This document shows, one piece after another, positions 37,031-47,189 of a stretch of 64,000 nucleotides of DNA (positions are counted from its first letter, which is position 1; each line of letters starts with the position of its first letter). This DNA comes from Candidatus Omnitrophota bacterium. GTDB taxonomy: Bacteria > Omnitrophota > Gorgyraeia > JAFGIU01. Below the pieces are notes generated by a model. That model saw only the letters and a list, made by a program, of their open reading frames with translations. It was not told where the DNA came from and ran no database searches. Location: assembly GCA_016929445.1 (NCBI GenBank), contig JAFGIU010000057.1, positions 3,867-67,866 of the forward strand, written 5' to 3'. Position numbers and translations under genes: made by a program.

Positions 37031-39447
37031 TTCTTGCGTCCTCTCCACAGGGAAACTCCCCCTGCAAGCAATATCCACACAAAAACCGACCCCAAGGCTC
37101 CTGCCGAGACCGTTGCCAAACGCTGAAAATCATAAGAAGCCACCCACTGGCAATGAGTGACGGATTCTCCTTGGGGAAGCATCCAAACAGGGAAGCCCGG
37201 CGCAAGCATGCCAATGACAGCACGCCTTTCATTCACGCGAATTTGCCAGCCTGGATCCGCCGTCATTTTCAGAAAAGCAGCGCCCCCCTCCGGCGCCTTG
37301 GAAAGCATGGAATGCCGGCCCCCGCCCCCCACATTCACCCACTGTACCTGAGGCACTGCAACATCGTCCAGCTCCTGAGGCAACGGGCCCAGTTCACGCC
37401 ACAACCCGGGCACAGAGGGCAAACCCGGTTCCAAGGCCGTGTAAGAACTCAAGCGAAGATTCTGATTCGAGTAAACAGAAATCCCCTTGTCCGCGCAACG
37501 CTGCAACAGCGTCCTCCAAAACGGGCTCTCTATCCCAAACTGTCCGGGCTCCAAAAGCACGAGCGCGCGCACCTTGCCTCCTTCTATCCAGGTTTCAAAG
37601 TCCCGAGGCCGGGGGCTTAGCCGCACCAAAGGCCAAACCTGCCGGTAGCCGCCTTCGCGCATAGCCCACATAAACCAGCTGTGGCTGAGTTCGTACCAAT
37701 CCCGCAGATTGGATAAAACCAGAACAGGGGAAGCCCAGAGAGGATCAGCCAGACTTGCGGGGACGCTTCTCTGAGTGAGAGCCAGACGATCCAAGAGAAA
37801 CGTCCCTGGCGCACTGAGTCCGCCGAGATGAGTGACTCCATAAAGATCCAAAATCCACGGATGCTCCTCTGCCGCGTTATCCGGCCACCAAAACTTCGGC
37901 GTCCCTCCCCAATTCGACGCGCTGCTCGAGCCACGGGCCTTGGGATGGGACAAGCCCGAGAGCGTGGCCAGGTCCTCCAGCCCCGGACTCCGCGCCTCAT
38001 ACAACACGCGCGCGCCCGGATTCTCTGCCCGGATTTGGAGAAGCTCCCCGGTCACGGCCTCCATAAACTGCTCTGCGTCGCGCTGTCCCAATTCGCGCGC
38101 CGTGCGCAGGCGCTCATACAATGCCGGCGCTGAAAGAACCAGGATCAAGGTCAAACACAAGACAATGCCTTCGCGGGTGCGCGCCACCATGGGATTAACT
38201 GTCTCCCTGTAAAAAAATTCCCGCACCCAGCGCGTCAGCGCCGTCACCACGGAGGCGGCCAAAACTGCGGTGCCTATCTGCAGGAGAAACACCGCGCGCC
38301 ACTGCATAAGTTCCCCCCACATAGGAACACGGTTCATCCCCGGAATCTCATCGGCGCCCAATATCAGCGCCAAAGAAACACACAGAAGAGACAGAACCAT
38401 CACCTCACCTGTCTCCCACTCCCCGGGTCTGCACAAGTAATAGACCAAACCAAGGACCGCCATCCCCGTCAGGACAGGCCAGCGCCCTTCACTAAGAGTC
38501 GGCTGCAAAAATGCCGGCCCCAATTGGATCCACGTCTCCGGCAAAGCCACGCCTTCGAAAAGCGCTCCCAAAAACCAGGAATGCAGGAGCGCCGGAACCG
38601 ACGGGCTCTGCCACAAGCCTGTAAAACGATAGAGTTCAGGCTGAGGGATAACTAAATGGAATTGGCTATAGGCAATCGCGGGCCACACCCACAAGCACCC
38701 TATAGCCAGAGCAAACACGAAAACTAAAAATAATTTGAGGACCGGCCATGCGCTTCGCCGGCCCTTGCGGGAGAGCAAAATGAGAACTTCAAGGATCGCC
38801 ACCCAGCAGAGGAAGAAGGCGGCAATGGGATGGGCCAATAGCAAGAGTCCCGTGCCCAAAGCAGCCCAGGCCCAGGAGCCTTTGTGCCAAAGGCAGCGGT
38901 GCAGGGCGCTAAAGGCCAGACAAAAGAGCACATAGCCCAGCAACTGCGCTTGCAATCCAATTAATGTGTAGGCTTCCAGGCTGTGGCCCCAAGGATTGAA
39001 GAAGAGCAAACAGAAAAGACTCGCGCCCCCGGCAGTCAAGGCAGGCAAATCCAGCGACCGGAGACACCGGTATAATGCCAGGGGAAAAGCGCTCCACAAG
39101 ACCACCGTCGAAAGCCAAACCCATACCACAGCCCCCAGCAGGGGAAACACCGCGCGCAATCCCCCCGCAATCAAAGCATGCAAGGGCGGATAAGCGCTCC
39201 ACAAAGGCACACCCAATCCCGCAGTCCAAAAACAAAAGGGGTGCTTGTGGGCCAGGAATTGGCGGGCAAAGGCCTCCGCATGAGCGGTATGAAAGTAGAA
39301 GTCCTCCGAAAGCACAGCGTGAGAATGGCCCAGGGCTAAGGCCCCCAGGACTGCGGCCAAAATGCAGGCCAAAAAAGCCAAAGCCCGCCCTGCCGTGTGA
39401 TCCCAAGCATCGGCTTCGGGAAAGGGCGCTCCCATCACCGGCAACAT
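37027..39447 (-). CDS. Large polytopic membrane protein with a C-terminal periplasmic beta-rich domain. YfhO/GT-C-like; family uncertain.
   Basis: About 800 aa with 12 or more predicted TM helices. The C-terminus (...GWQIRVNERRAVIGMLAPGFPVWMLPQGESVTHCQWVASYDF...) resembles a YfhO-type tail. The start is ambiguous (ATG at 39447, 39465 or 39435). ATG 39447 lies 1 nt after the upstream stop. Confidence 0.55.
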   Translation of the reverse strand: MLPVMGAPFPEADAWDHTAGRALAFLACILAAVLGALALGHSHAVLSEDFYFHTAHAEAFARQFLAHKHPFCFWTAGLGVPLWSAYPPLHALIAGGLRAVFPLLGAVVWVWLSTVVLWSAFPLALYRCLRSLDLPALTAGGASLFCLLFFNPWGHSLEAYTLIGLQAQLLGYVLFCLAFSALHRCLWHKGSWAWAALGTGLLLLAHPIAAFFLCWVAILEVLILLSRKGRRSAWPVLKLFLVFVFALAIGCLWVWPAIAYSQFHLVIPQPELYRFTGLWQSPSVPALLHSWFLGALFEGVALPETWIQLGPAFLQPTLSEGRWPVLTGMAVLGLVYYLCRPGEWETGEVMVLSLLCVSLALILGADEIPGMNRVPMWGELMQWRAVFLLQIGTAVLAASVVTALTRWVREFFYRETVNPMVARTREGIVLCLTLILVLSAPALYERLRTARELGQRDAEQFMEAVTGELLQIRAENPGARVLYEARSPGLEDLATLSGLSHPKARGSSSASNWGGTPKFWWPDNAAEEHPWILDLYGVTHLGGLSAPGTFLLDRLALTQRSVPASLADPLWASPVLVLSNLRDWYELSHSWFMWAMREGGYRQVWPLVRLSPRPRDFETWIEGGKVRALVLLEPGQFGIESPFWRTLLQRCADKGISVYSNQNLRLSSYTALEPGLPSVPGLWRELGPLPQELDDVAVPQVQWVNVGGGGRHSMLSKAPEGGAAFLKMTADPGWQIRVNERRAVIGMLAPGFPVWMLPQGESVTHCQWVASYDFQRLATVSAGALGSVFVWILLAGGVSLWRGRKK

Positions 39448-39448
39448 C

Positions 39449-39835
39449 TCAGCGCGCGGGAACATAGGCCCTCGTTTTGAATTGCCCGGCCCGGCTCCAG
39501 CGCAGAGCTTTTTCCTCCTGCCAGGCACGGACCTGCCAGAAGTACCCGGTCTCGGGCTCCAAGGCGGTCACATAGATTTCCGGAGCTTGTATCTCTTTAT
39601 TCTCCAATGTCGCGGGGACTTCTCCGGGCAAACCCTGAAAAATTTGGACTTCGTATTGAATCTCTTCTCCGGGCACGGGATTCCAAACAAGGTGAACCGC
39701 ATCCGGATTGAGCAGCGCCCCGTCTGCCGGACGAATCAGCACAGGCTTGAGCCAAAGCATTTGCTGCAGGTAGCAGCCCAGGAGCCAGCTCAGAAACAAC
39801 AATACCACCAGCCTGGATAAATGAGGCACTCTCAT
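39449..39835 (-). CDS. Small membrane-anchored or secreted protein with a fibronectin type III-like domain.
   Basis: ATG 39835 (MRVPHLSRLVVLLFLSWLLG) forms an ATGA overlap with the upstream stop. FN3-like W...W pattern (LVWNPVPGEEIQYEVQIF...YFWQVRAW). Confidence 0.5.
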   Translation of the reverse strand: MRVPHLSRLVVLLFLSWLLGCYLQQMLWLKPVLIRPADGALLNPDAVHLVWNPVPGEEIQYEVQIFQGLPGEVPATLENKEIQAPEIYVTALEPETGYFWQVRAWQEEKALRWSRAGQFKTRAYVPAR

Positions 39836-42276
39836 AACATCGGCCAGTTCTTTTTCCAAGAGTAAAGCTCTTTTAGCGCCGCGCGCACCTGGAGCGATTC
39901 CGGTTGTAAACCTTGGGCCTGGTGCAAAGAGGCAAGTGCCTGGGGCCAACGCCCGAGCACCGCATATAAGCGGCCCATCTCCAAAAGAGCCGCAATCTGT
40001 TCCTCGGGAGACAGACCCTTAAACTCATTTTTCAACACAAGGATGCGGCGCTGCAACCCTTCCTCATGGGCTTGGCGCTTGTTCAAAACCAAAGTCCTCC
40101 CGAACACCAGGCCCCCGTGGTAAAACCAGCGAGGATCCTGGCGCGCCAACGCATTGCCTACCCGCTGCATGTATTCTTGTTGCGCCTCCAAAGCCGCCCC
40201 GTAGTCTCCGGCCTCTTCGTAAAGGTACGCCAGATTAGCCCACGCATCCACAAACCAGGGTTCCTTTTCCACCACCGCGCGGGTCAGTTTAACAGCGGTA
40301 TCCAAATCTCCGTCCGCCCAGGCCCAGTAGCCTTGGTTGCAACGCGTGCGGAGACGCGCCAAACCACTCTCGCCCATCTCTGTGCGGGGATCCGGCATGA
40401 CCGGGGCTCTCAGATAGGATTCCAGCATGCGGTGGTGATGGGCCAGACGCATGTGTTTTCCGGGCGCACCCTCCCCGGACTCCAATTCCAACCAGGCCAA
40501 GTCCTCAAAGACCCGGTACGAGTGCGGGGACTCTGCGGCACGCCGCATTTGCTTGAGCGCTCCGCTGAGATTTCGCTCCCGGCGATAGATATCCCCCAAA
40601 ATCTGCGCTCGGCGGCTGTCCAGCCCGCTCTCCCCTTCCAGTCCTTGGAGGAGCAGGGTCTTGGCCTTATCCAATAAGCCTTCCTCTCTATAAAGAGAAA
40701 CCAAACGCAGGCGTGCCTCAGAATTTTCCGGGCCACTGCCCCAGACTGCCAGCGCCTTTCCCAAGGTAATTTGATAGACCTTCCAGGAATAGCCGATGTA
40801 GTCCACAGGTTCAAAATCGAGCAACCATTCAACCTGTCCCTCGCTCCCCAAATACCCCCTCAAACTGTTCACACTCGCCAAAACAAGACCGGTGGCGGGC
40901 TCAGGCGGTTCCAAACGAACGCCCGGATGATCGGCAATATAGGCTTCCACAAAACCCAGGTCCTGTTGCCAGTCCAGATTCGAGTCGATCAACCACTGGT
41001 CTCCCCTTTCCGGCCCGCCCGCCGCACGGTTAAAGAAGGCCAAGTAATGCGGATAAATCAATGCCGACTCCAGGACAAAACCAATCAAACACAACCCGGC
41101 CAAGACAGAAGACCAAAGCCGCCTGGGGGAATCTCCTGCCCTTGGCAGGATAGCGGCGGCAATAAACAGAAAGGCAAAGGGATAGATCAAGAGCACATGG
41201 CGCAGGCCGATTTGGAACTCGCTCACAAAACTGAAGTAAACAAAAAAGACCAGGGGCGGCCATAACAAAAAGGCCCGGTCTGTCCACCTCAGCCGGCCAA
41301 TGCATAAAAGCGATAGCAGAAACAGGATGAGTAAACTCAGCGGCGTTTTCACGGCCATTGCAACCGCATAGTAATTCGGGAATCCTTTGACTGAGAACTC
41401 GCCCATCAAATAATTCAAAAAGCCGTATTCGGTAAAGTATTTCTGAAAATCCAGGCCGTTAAGATAGGGCAAAGGAAAGAACCATAGCAGCCCTCTGCCC
41501 AATAAGGTCTGGGATAAGTTGTCGAAGAACGCACTCTGCCATAAGAAACCGGCCTTGGAGCTAAAGGCCCCTTGAAACCCATAGCCCAAAACCAAGATGA
41601 AAAAGGACACGCCCAAGAGGATGCCCGCGGCAGAGAGCATTCTCCAAACAGAGCGCCTTTCAAGAAGCATGGCCCAGAGGAGCAGGGGGAGCAAAACCCC
41701 GGACATTAAGACAGCCGTGTATTTGCTCAGCAGGGCCAAGCCCAAATAAACTGCAGACAAGAGGAGTTGATTGAGCCGGTGTTCAGCCGCAAAACTCCAC
41801 AAGTGATAGGTACTCGCCAAGGAGACGCTGACAAAACAAATATCCGGAGTCACCAAGCGGCTGTGAGCCAAAAGGTTGGGACTGAAGGCCCAAAGTGTTA
41901 AGACAAATAGAGCCCCGCGGCGGCCGTTCAAGCGCCGCGCCCATAAAAAGAGATAAAAACCCAGCAAGAGCCCCCAGACCAAATTCAAGAGGCGCGCGGG
42001 CAGAAGCCGGTCCGCCAAATCCTCCTGCCCCCAGCGCAACGGCAACCAACCATGCACATACGCAGTCAAGGGCGCATGCATCACATTGACCCGCTGCTGC
42101 CAGTGCGAGCCGCGCACCAAACTCACGGCCGACCGCAAATAGAGGTCCTCGTCGCTGGTCATGGACTTGACCGACAAACTGGACACAGTCTGAAAAAGCC
42201 AGAAGAACACTAGGAAGGCAAGAAGAACCGCAGTCCAGACACGTTGATTTGTGCTTTCTTCTTTGGGTTGTTCCAT
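39832..42276 (-). CDS. PMT_2/ArnT-like GT-C glycosyltransferase (GT39/GT83 type) with C-terminal TPR repeats.
   Basis: Start moved to ATG 42276 (MEQPKEESTNQRVWTAVLLAFLVFFWLF), which overlaps the upstream stop as TGATG. Motifs SDEDLY, ...SKYTAV and LLAHSRLVTPD fit the PMT_2 family. TPR repeats at the C-terminus. Confidence 0.75.
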   Translation of the reverse strand: MEQPKEESTNQRVWTAVLLAFLVFFWLFQTVSSLSVKSMTSDEDLYLRSAVSLVRGSHWQQRVNVMHAPLTAYVHGWLPLRWGQEDLADRLLPARLLNLVWGLLLGFYLFLWARRLNGRRGALFVLTLWAFSPNLLAHSRLVTPDICFVSVSLASTYHLWSFAAEHRLNQLLLSAVYLGLALLSKYTAVLMSGVLLPLLLWAMLLERRSVWRMLSAAGILLGVSFFILVLGYGFQGAFSSKAGFLWQSAFFDNLSQTLLGRGLLWFFPLPYLNGLDFQKYFTEYGFLNYLMGEFSVKGFPNYYAVAMAVKTPLSLLILFLLSLLCIGRLRWTDRAFLLWPPLVFFVYFSFVSEFQIGLRHVLLIYPFAFLFIAAAILPRAGDSPRRLWSSVLAGLCLIGFVLESALIYPHYLAFFNRAAGGPERGDQWLIDSNLDWQQDLGFVEAYIADHPGVRLEPPEPATGLVLASVNSLRGYLGSEGQVEWLLDFEPVDYIGYSWKVYQITLGKALAVWGSGPENSEARLRLVSLYREEGLLDKAKTLLLQGLEGESGLDSRRAQILGDIYRRERNLSGALKQMRRAAESPHSYRVFEDLAWLELESGEGAPGKHMRLAHHHRMLESYLRAPVMPDPRTEMGESGLARLRTRCNQGYWAWADGDLDTAVKLTRAVVEKEPWFVDAWANLAYLYEEAGDYGAALEAQQEYMQRVGNALARQDPRWFYHGGLVFGRTLVLNKRQAHEEGLQRRILVLKNEFKGLSPEEQIAALLEMGRLYAVLGRWPQALASLHQAQGLQPESLQVRAALKELYSWKKNWPML

Positions 42277-44402
42277 CAATACCGCCTGCGCCTGATGAAG
42301 GCCACGGCCCCCAACAGCAGCCAAAGGGAAGGTGCAATCAGAAATCCCAGTGTCACACTCCTGGGCCGGTAGTCCATTCGCACCGTGTGCTGGCCACTGG
42401 GCAAATATACTGCGCGCATCAAATAGTTGGCGCACAAAAGCTCTGCTGGCTCGCCGTCGAGAGTAGCCCACCAGCCGGGATAGTAGGTGTCCGAGACCAC
42501 CAGAAATCCCGGGTCCTCGGACACTGTATCAATTATCAAAGAATGAGGATTCGAAGACACCACGGTGGCTGCGGAAAACCCGGGCGAATCCACCTGCGGC
42601 AGATCGATCGGCGCCTTATCCCATTCCAGGAAGACTTCTTCCTCATAAGCCCGCCCTTTGCTCAATAACTGAGTCAGGGCGGATTCGTCATCAAAAACCA
42701 CTTTGGCCCGGTGCACCACCCAAGCCCGGGGGCGCGCGCCCAAACTCCCCCAGACTTGATAGCGTGAATTCTGAAAAATAACAGGCAAAGACGGATCCGG
42801 CGCCGGCAAGGGCGAACGCTTGTCACTCACCCAGAGCCGTGCAGACAACAAGTCAAAATCCTGCACTCGAATTTTTTTGAGAGTCTGGCGCTGCGCCTGG
42901 GCTGTGTCTGCGGGCAGTCCCTGGATCCGGTTCAAGTAAGCAGACAAGGGACCCGGCATCAAGCCCTCATTGCCGAGACAATTCTGCAAACCTTCAAAAG
43001 AACCGCCGTTAAATCCGGGCCAAAGCACACGCCCGGATCCCACATAAGAGCGAAGAAAGTGCCCGAGTTCCGGATCGATGCGATAAGGATGAGCTTCCAT
43101 AACGCGCACAAAAGAGGCCCCGTGAAAAAAGAGTTCCATCACCAGGCACACGGCAATGACTCGTGTCAGCACACGCGCCCTATCCTTTCCCGCCCCCTGG
43201 CTCACTCCTTCAAAAAGGCGCTGCATCCCCAGGGCTGCCAAGAAAGAAAGCGCAAAGGCAAACACATACAGCCAACGGCCCGGCACACGAAAGTATCCGT
43301 AGGTCGGCACCAAGCGACGGACCCATCCTTCCAAAGGGAGCGCAGGACCCAGTGCCAATGCTAAGGAGATTAGAGCCAGGAGCGCGGCAGTCATTTGAAA
43401 GGGTCTTCTTCGGCCCAGTAACCCGGCCAAGATTAACAGCAATGCCACCCACCCCGTATAGATCTGCGGGGCCCCAGACGCGCGTCCCTCCGCCCGGGCA
43501 GAGGGAGCGGGGTTCTCCGTTCCGGAGGGAGGCATCACCAAACCCAGGAGATTTTGGGGAGCCAGCGAATTCTCCCGGGAGGAAACCACATGAGTCAGCA
43601 AAGAACGATCACTGAGATGCGCATACTCCAAGGATGGCAAGACGCGCGGAGCAGCCAAACCCGCCGCAAGCAAGGCAATGCCCGCGGCCACAAAAAAAGC
43701 TTCGCCCAATCCATGCCAAATCTCCGAAGCCTCCTCCCCTTGCGCGCCCACCCCAATCAAATATAAGAGCCCGGCTACCCCCATCATCCAAGTGCCCTGA
43801 GAATGCCCGGTCATGCACAGCAAGGCCAAAGCGATCGCCGCCCAAATCGCGGCGCCCAAAGTGCGCCGGATCACATATCTTCGAAGCGCCGCCCACCACC
43901 AGGGACTCATCCAGTACACGGAAACAAGCCCGATGTGGCCGGCAAAGAAGCTTTGCAGTACATATCCGTTCCCCACAAACACGAACACACCGATCGCGCT
44001 GGATAAGGGATTCAACTCACTCAACCGGCAGAGCCAGTAAAATCCCAGGGCACCCACAAGCAAATGCGTGAGCAAACTCAAATTAACGACACGCTCCAAG
44101 GACAGCGGCGTAAACACCCAAACCAAATTCAAGGGATCCACAAAACTGAAAGTCGCGGTGGGAAGGTACGGAACCCCGCAAAAGATATTCGGATTCCACA
44201 AAGGCAGGCTGCCCAGACTCAAGGCTTGCCGGCCCAAATTGACCAAGGCAAGTTTTTGGTAAACCAGATCCAGCCCCAAAAGCACGCGCGGGCCCAGAAG
44301 CACCCACCCCAAGCTCAACACAAGAAGGGCAAGAATCGTGAGTACAGGCACTATGTCTTGGCGAAGGGAACGTTCGTGGGTCATTGAGCCGCTAAGAGTC
44401 AT
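42276..44402 (-). CDS. YfhO-family GT-C-like membrane protein, paralogue 1.
   Basis: The N-terminal LPLWNPNIFCGVPYL motif and the C-terminal ...YYPGWWATLDGEPAELLCANYLMRAVYLPSGQHTVRMDYRP followed by a TM helix match the YfhO architecture. Probable start at ATG 44402 or 44384. Confidence 0.7.
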   Translation of the reverse strand: MTLSGSMTHERSLRQDIVPVLTILALLVLSLGWVLLGPRVLLGLDLVYQKLALVNLGRQALSLGSLPLWNPNIFCGVPYLPTATFSFVDPLNLVWVFTPLSLERVVNLSLLTHLLVGALGFYWLCRLSELNPLSSAIGVFVFVGNGYVLQSFFAGHIGLVSVYWMSPWWWAALRRYVIRRTLGAAIWAAIALALLCMTGHSQGTWMMGVAGLLYLIGVGAQGEEASEIWHGLGEAFFVAAGIALLAAGLAAPRVLPSLEYAHLSDRSLLTHVVSSRENSLAPQNLLGLVMPPSGTENPAPSARAEGRASGAPQIYTGWVALLLILAGLLGRRRPFQMTAALLALISLALALGPALPLEGWVRRLVPTYGYFRVPGRWLYVFAFALSFLAALGMQRLFEGVSQGAGKDRARVLTRVIAVCLVMELFFHGASFVRVMEAHPYRIDPELGHFLRSYVGSGRVLWPGFNGGSFEGLQNCLGNEGLMPGPLSAYLNRIQGLPADTAQAQRQTLKKIRVQDFDLLSARLWVSDKRSPLPAPDPSLPVIFQNSRYQVWGSLGARPRAWVVHRAKVVFDDESALTQLLSKGRAYEEEVFLEWDKAPIDLPQVDSPGFSAATVVSSNPHSLIIDTVSEDPGFLVVSDTYYPGWWATLDGEPAELLCANYLMRAVYLPSGQHTVRMDYRPRSVTLGFLIAPSLWLLLGAVAFIRRRRY

Positions 44403-46452
44403 CCTTGGCCCCGCCCCAAACACGGCGGACCCGCGGAAATGACAGCATGAGTAACAGACATATTGTAACGAGTGTAATAGCAATACCTAAGAAAACTGAG
44501 CGCGAGCAGTATCGGAATTCCACCCGGTGTTCCCCGGCAGGGACCCGGACCGCGCGTATCAGCCCATTGGCAGGATAGACGTTAACAGGACTTCCGTCGA
44601 GCCCGGCCCTCCACGCCGGGTCATACGGCTCCGAGAGCACCAGCCAGCAGGGCGAAGAGGCGCGGACCCCCATCTCCATCTCATGAGGGCTCTCACTCAG
44701 GAATTCAATCTCCCCCTGCACCCAATCCGCGGACGCCGGCCACTGGCCCTCGCCCTCCAAATAAAGAGTCTGAACCGGATCAAATCCGGGCTTTGCAATG
44801 CGTTGCCAAATTTCCCGGCGGTCCCGCACCCAGCGGGCCTCAGGGATCAACCAAGCCCGCGGGGAAGTTTGAATACGGCGGTAAAGCGCCAAGCTCTCTG
44901 CATTCAGCACTTTTTCCCATTCAGAATCCGGAGGCTCCACATCCGCAGATTGAATCAGATACCTCAGATTCAGGAGCTGCCAGAGCGGGTGACCGGGATA
45001 GCGCAGGTATTTCAGATAGCTGACGGGCCGGTCCAAAGGCGCCCCTTCGAGAGTGTTCACAAACTCCGCATAGCGCTGGGTGGCAATGGGCTTGTATCCG
45101 TTAACCAAAGGAATTCCGGCCAACATCTCCAAATTTGTGAGGGCCTGGCCCTGCCAAAGCACCCGAAAAGGTTCCTCATCCTGAAGCAAAGCCCGGACGA
45201 TTGAATCGGGCATCTTAAAGATGCCGGGATGCGCGGGTTGGATATACCGGCTCCCAAAAGAGTGCATGTCCAGGACCACCACGAGCAGAACCATGGACGG
45301 AAGAATCTTCGAGCGCCGATAAAACTCGGGTTGCTCGAAAATACGCGAACAAAGCACGGCCCCGCTCACAGCGATTCCCAAATTCCAAAAGAGCAGGAAG
45401 CGGCCCGGTTCCCTAAAAACGGAAAAACCCGGCAGATATTGGTAAAGAAATCCGTACACGGGCGTGTGATTACCCAGGGCGAGCAGAAGTCCCCCGAGCG
45501 CCATAAAACACCAGAGCCTTGCGGCGGGCGGGCCGAAAAAAAGCGCAAGCAATCCCAGGATTGTGAGAAAAACCCCGGCATAGGCGGTCCGCTCCCACCA
45601 CAGGCCCGCCCCCCGGTAGCGGGTAGTGATTTGATCGCCCAAGGCCCAAGGCTGAATCAAAGTAATGAGTTCCCGCGGCGCAAGGGAGCGCGCTGCTGCC
45701 TGGTCCCAGCTCAAGCCCCCGGCCCTCTCGGAATCTTTCTGGAATTCCATCGCAGGCATCCACTGTGCCGCACCCAGGCCTGCAAAAAGTCCAAAGGCCA
45801 GGAATAATCCCAGAACGGAGTGCCCGGTTTTCGCCCTGTCTCGCTTAAGAAGCTGCGCAAGAACGAAAATACATAGAAAACCCGCAGTCATCAAGCTGAG
45901 CTGGACATGGCCGGTATAAAGCATGAGTCCCAAACACAAACCCACCGGAACCCAACTCCTGATCCGGTTCTTGCGCAAAGCCCGCAGAGTCCACATAAAA
46001 ACAAAGGGCACCAAAGCCGCTGTGTACACTATGTCAAAGTGCCCGGCAAAAAGACGCCCTATTTGGTGTCCTCCGAATCCAAAAGAAAAACCCGCCATCA
46101 AAGCTGCGGCTCTGATCCCGCCCGTGCGCCTTACAAGACGGTAAGCCCCCCAAGCTCCGAGAGTGAGAAAGAACGCATGGAGGAAGTTCAGTTTCTGGAA
46201 AATTGAAAGGCCCGGCAGCAAGAACTCGGCACCCAGGCGCGGCAGCAAGGTACGGATATCCGTGGCTGCCCAAAAGGGCATGCCCCCGTGCACAAAAGGA
46301 TTCCAGAGCGGAAGTTCGCCGGCCCGCAAACATCGCAGCGCAAACTCCTGATAGCAGAACAGGTGGCGGTCCAGTGTATATAGAGGAAGGCCTGAGGCAA
46401 ACAAGGGTCCCAGGTACAAGAGCGGAAAGAGCAAGAGCAGAAGTGCGATCAC
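44392..46452 (-). CDS. YfhO-family GT-C-like membrane protein, paralogue 2.
   Basis: ...GELPLWNPFVHGGMPFW... and C-terminal ...YDPAWRAGLDGSPVNVYPANGLIRAVRVPAGEHRVEFRY. Probable GTG start near 46452, overlapping the upstream stop as GTGA. The track's ATG at 46575 overlaps the upstream gene by 127 nt. Confidence 0.65.
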   Translation of the reverse strand: MIALLLLLFPLLYLGPLFASGLPLYTLDRHLFCYQEFALRCLRAGELPLWNPFVHGGMPFWAATDIRTLLPRLGAEFLLPGLSIFQKLNFLHAFFLTLGAWGAYRLVRRTGGIRAAALMAGFSFGFGGHQIGRLFAGHFDIVYTAALVPFVFMWTLRALRKNRIRSWVPVGLCLGLMLYTGHVQLSLMTAGFLCIFVLAQLLKRDRAKTGHSVLGLFLAFGLFAGLGAAQWMPAMEFQKDSERAGGLSWDQAAARSLAPRELITLIQPWALGDQITTRYRGAGLWWERTAYAGVFLTILGLLALFFGPPAARLWCFMALGGLLLALGNHTPVYGFLYQYLPGFSVFREPGRFLLFWNLGIAVSGAVLCSRIFEQPEFYRRSKILPSMVLLVVVLDMHSFGSRYIQPAHPGIFKMPDSIVRALLQDEEPFRVLWQGQALTNLEMLAGIPLVNGYKPIATQRYAEFVNTLEGAPLDRPVSYLKYLRYPGHPLWQLLNLRYLIQSADVEPPDSEWEKVLNAESLALYRRIQTSPRAWLIPEARWVRDRREIWQRIAKPGFDPVQTLYLEGEGQWPASADWVQGEIEFLSESPHEMEMGVRASSPCWLVLSEPYDPAWRAGLDGSPVNVYPANGLIRAVRVPAGEHRVEFRYCSRSVFLGIAITLVTICLLLMLSFPRVRRVWGGAKDDS

Positions 46453-47189
46453 CACTTGAGCCTCTCCCGGCGATCCCTCACAGCCCGGTACACCTGCTCC
46501 ATCTCCTGCGCAGTCTGGACCCGGCCCGGATCCAACAATAAAGCCCAACGGTAATGCAGGAGCGCGCGCTCCCACTCACCCTGGACCGTGAGCAATGCCC
46601 CCAAGCTCGATTGGAGATCCGCTTGTGCAGGATGATAGCGCAAAGAAGTGCGCAAGGCTTCCGTCGCATCCCTCACCCGCTCCTGGTCCAGATAGAGATG
46701 GGCCAAAGAGCGGGCAGGTTGCCAGGCATTGGGCCGGATGGATTGCGCTTCGAGGAAATAGGATTCCGCCTTGGGGTAATAACCCGCAAAATGCATGAGC
46801 CTTCCCAGAAGGAGCGCCCCCCAATACGCATCGTACGGCTTTCCCGGATTCCAGATCATGAGATCAGGGCGAATCTCGAACTTCTGCACAAAATCCTGAT
46901 TCTGGATGCTGCGTTTGAGAAGCACGGCATGACTCTCGTCCAAATAGACCACGGCCCAATCCGGATTTCCCCAGAGCTGCGCCAGCCACTCGGGCCGTTC
47001 CAGACTGTGCGAAGCAGTCCGGCAAGTCGCGGTCTCCTGCAGCCCCTGTTGGGCAATCCAGCTTTGAGCCTGTTGGGATTCGCGATAGCGCAAAGGCACG
47101 CGTTCCGAACGGGTCGCCCGCGCCTGCTCCGCTGCGGTTAAGGAGGCAAGAAGAATCCAACACAAAGTAATGACAAGGGGACGCTTCAT
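46449..47189 (-). CDS. Secreted TPR-repeat protein (246 aa).
   Basis: ATG 47189 (MKRPLVITLCWILLASLTAAEQ) overlaps the upstream stop as ATGA. TPR-like repeats (AESYFLEAQSIRPNAWQPARSLAHLYL...). Confidence 0.65.
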   Translation of the reverse strand: MKRPLVITLCWILLASLTAAEQARATRSERVPLRYRESQQAQSWIAQQGLQETATCRTASHSLERPEWLAQLWGNPDWAVVYLDESHAVLLKRSIQNQDFVQKFEIRPDLMIWNPGKPYDAYWGALLLGRLMHFAGYYPKAESYFLEAQSIRPNAWQPARSLAHLYLDQERVRDATEALRTSLRYHPAQADLQSSLGALLTVQGEWERALLHYRWALLLDPGRVQTAQEMEQVYRAVRDRRERLKW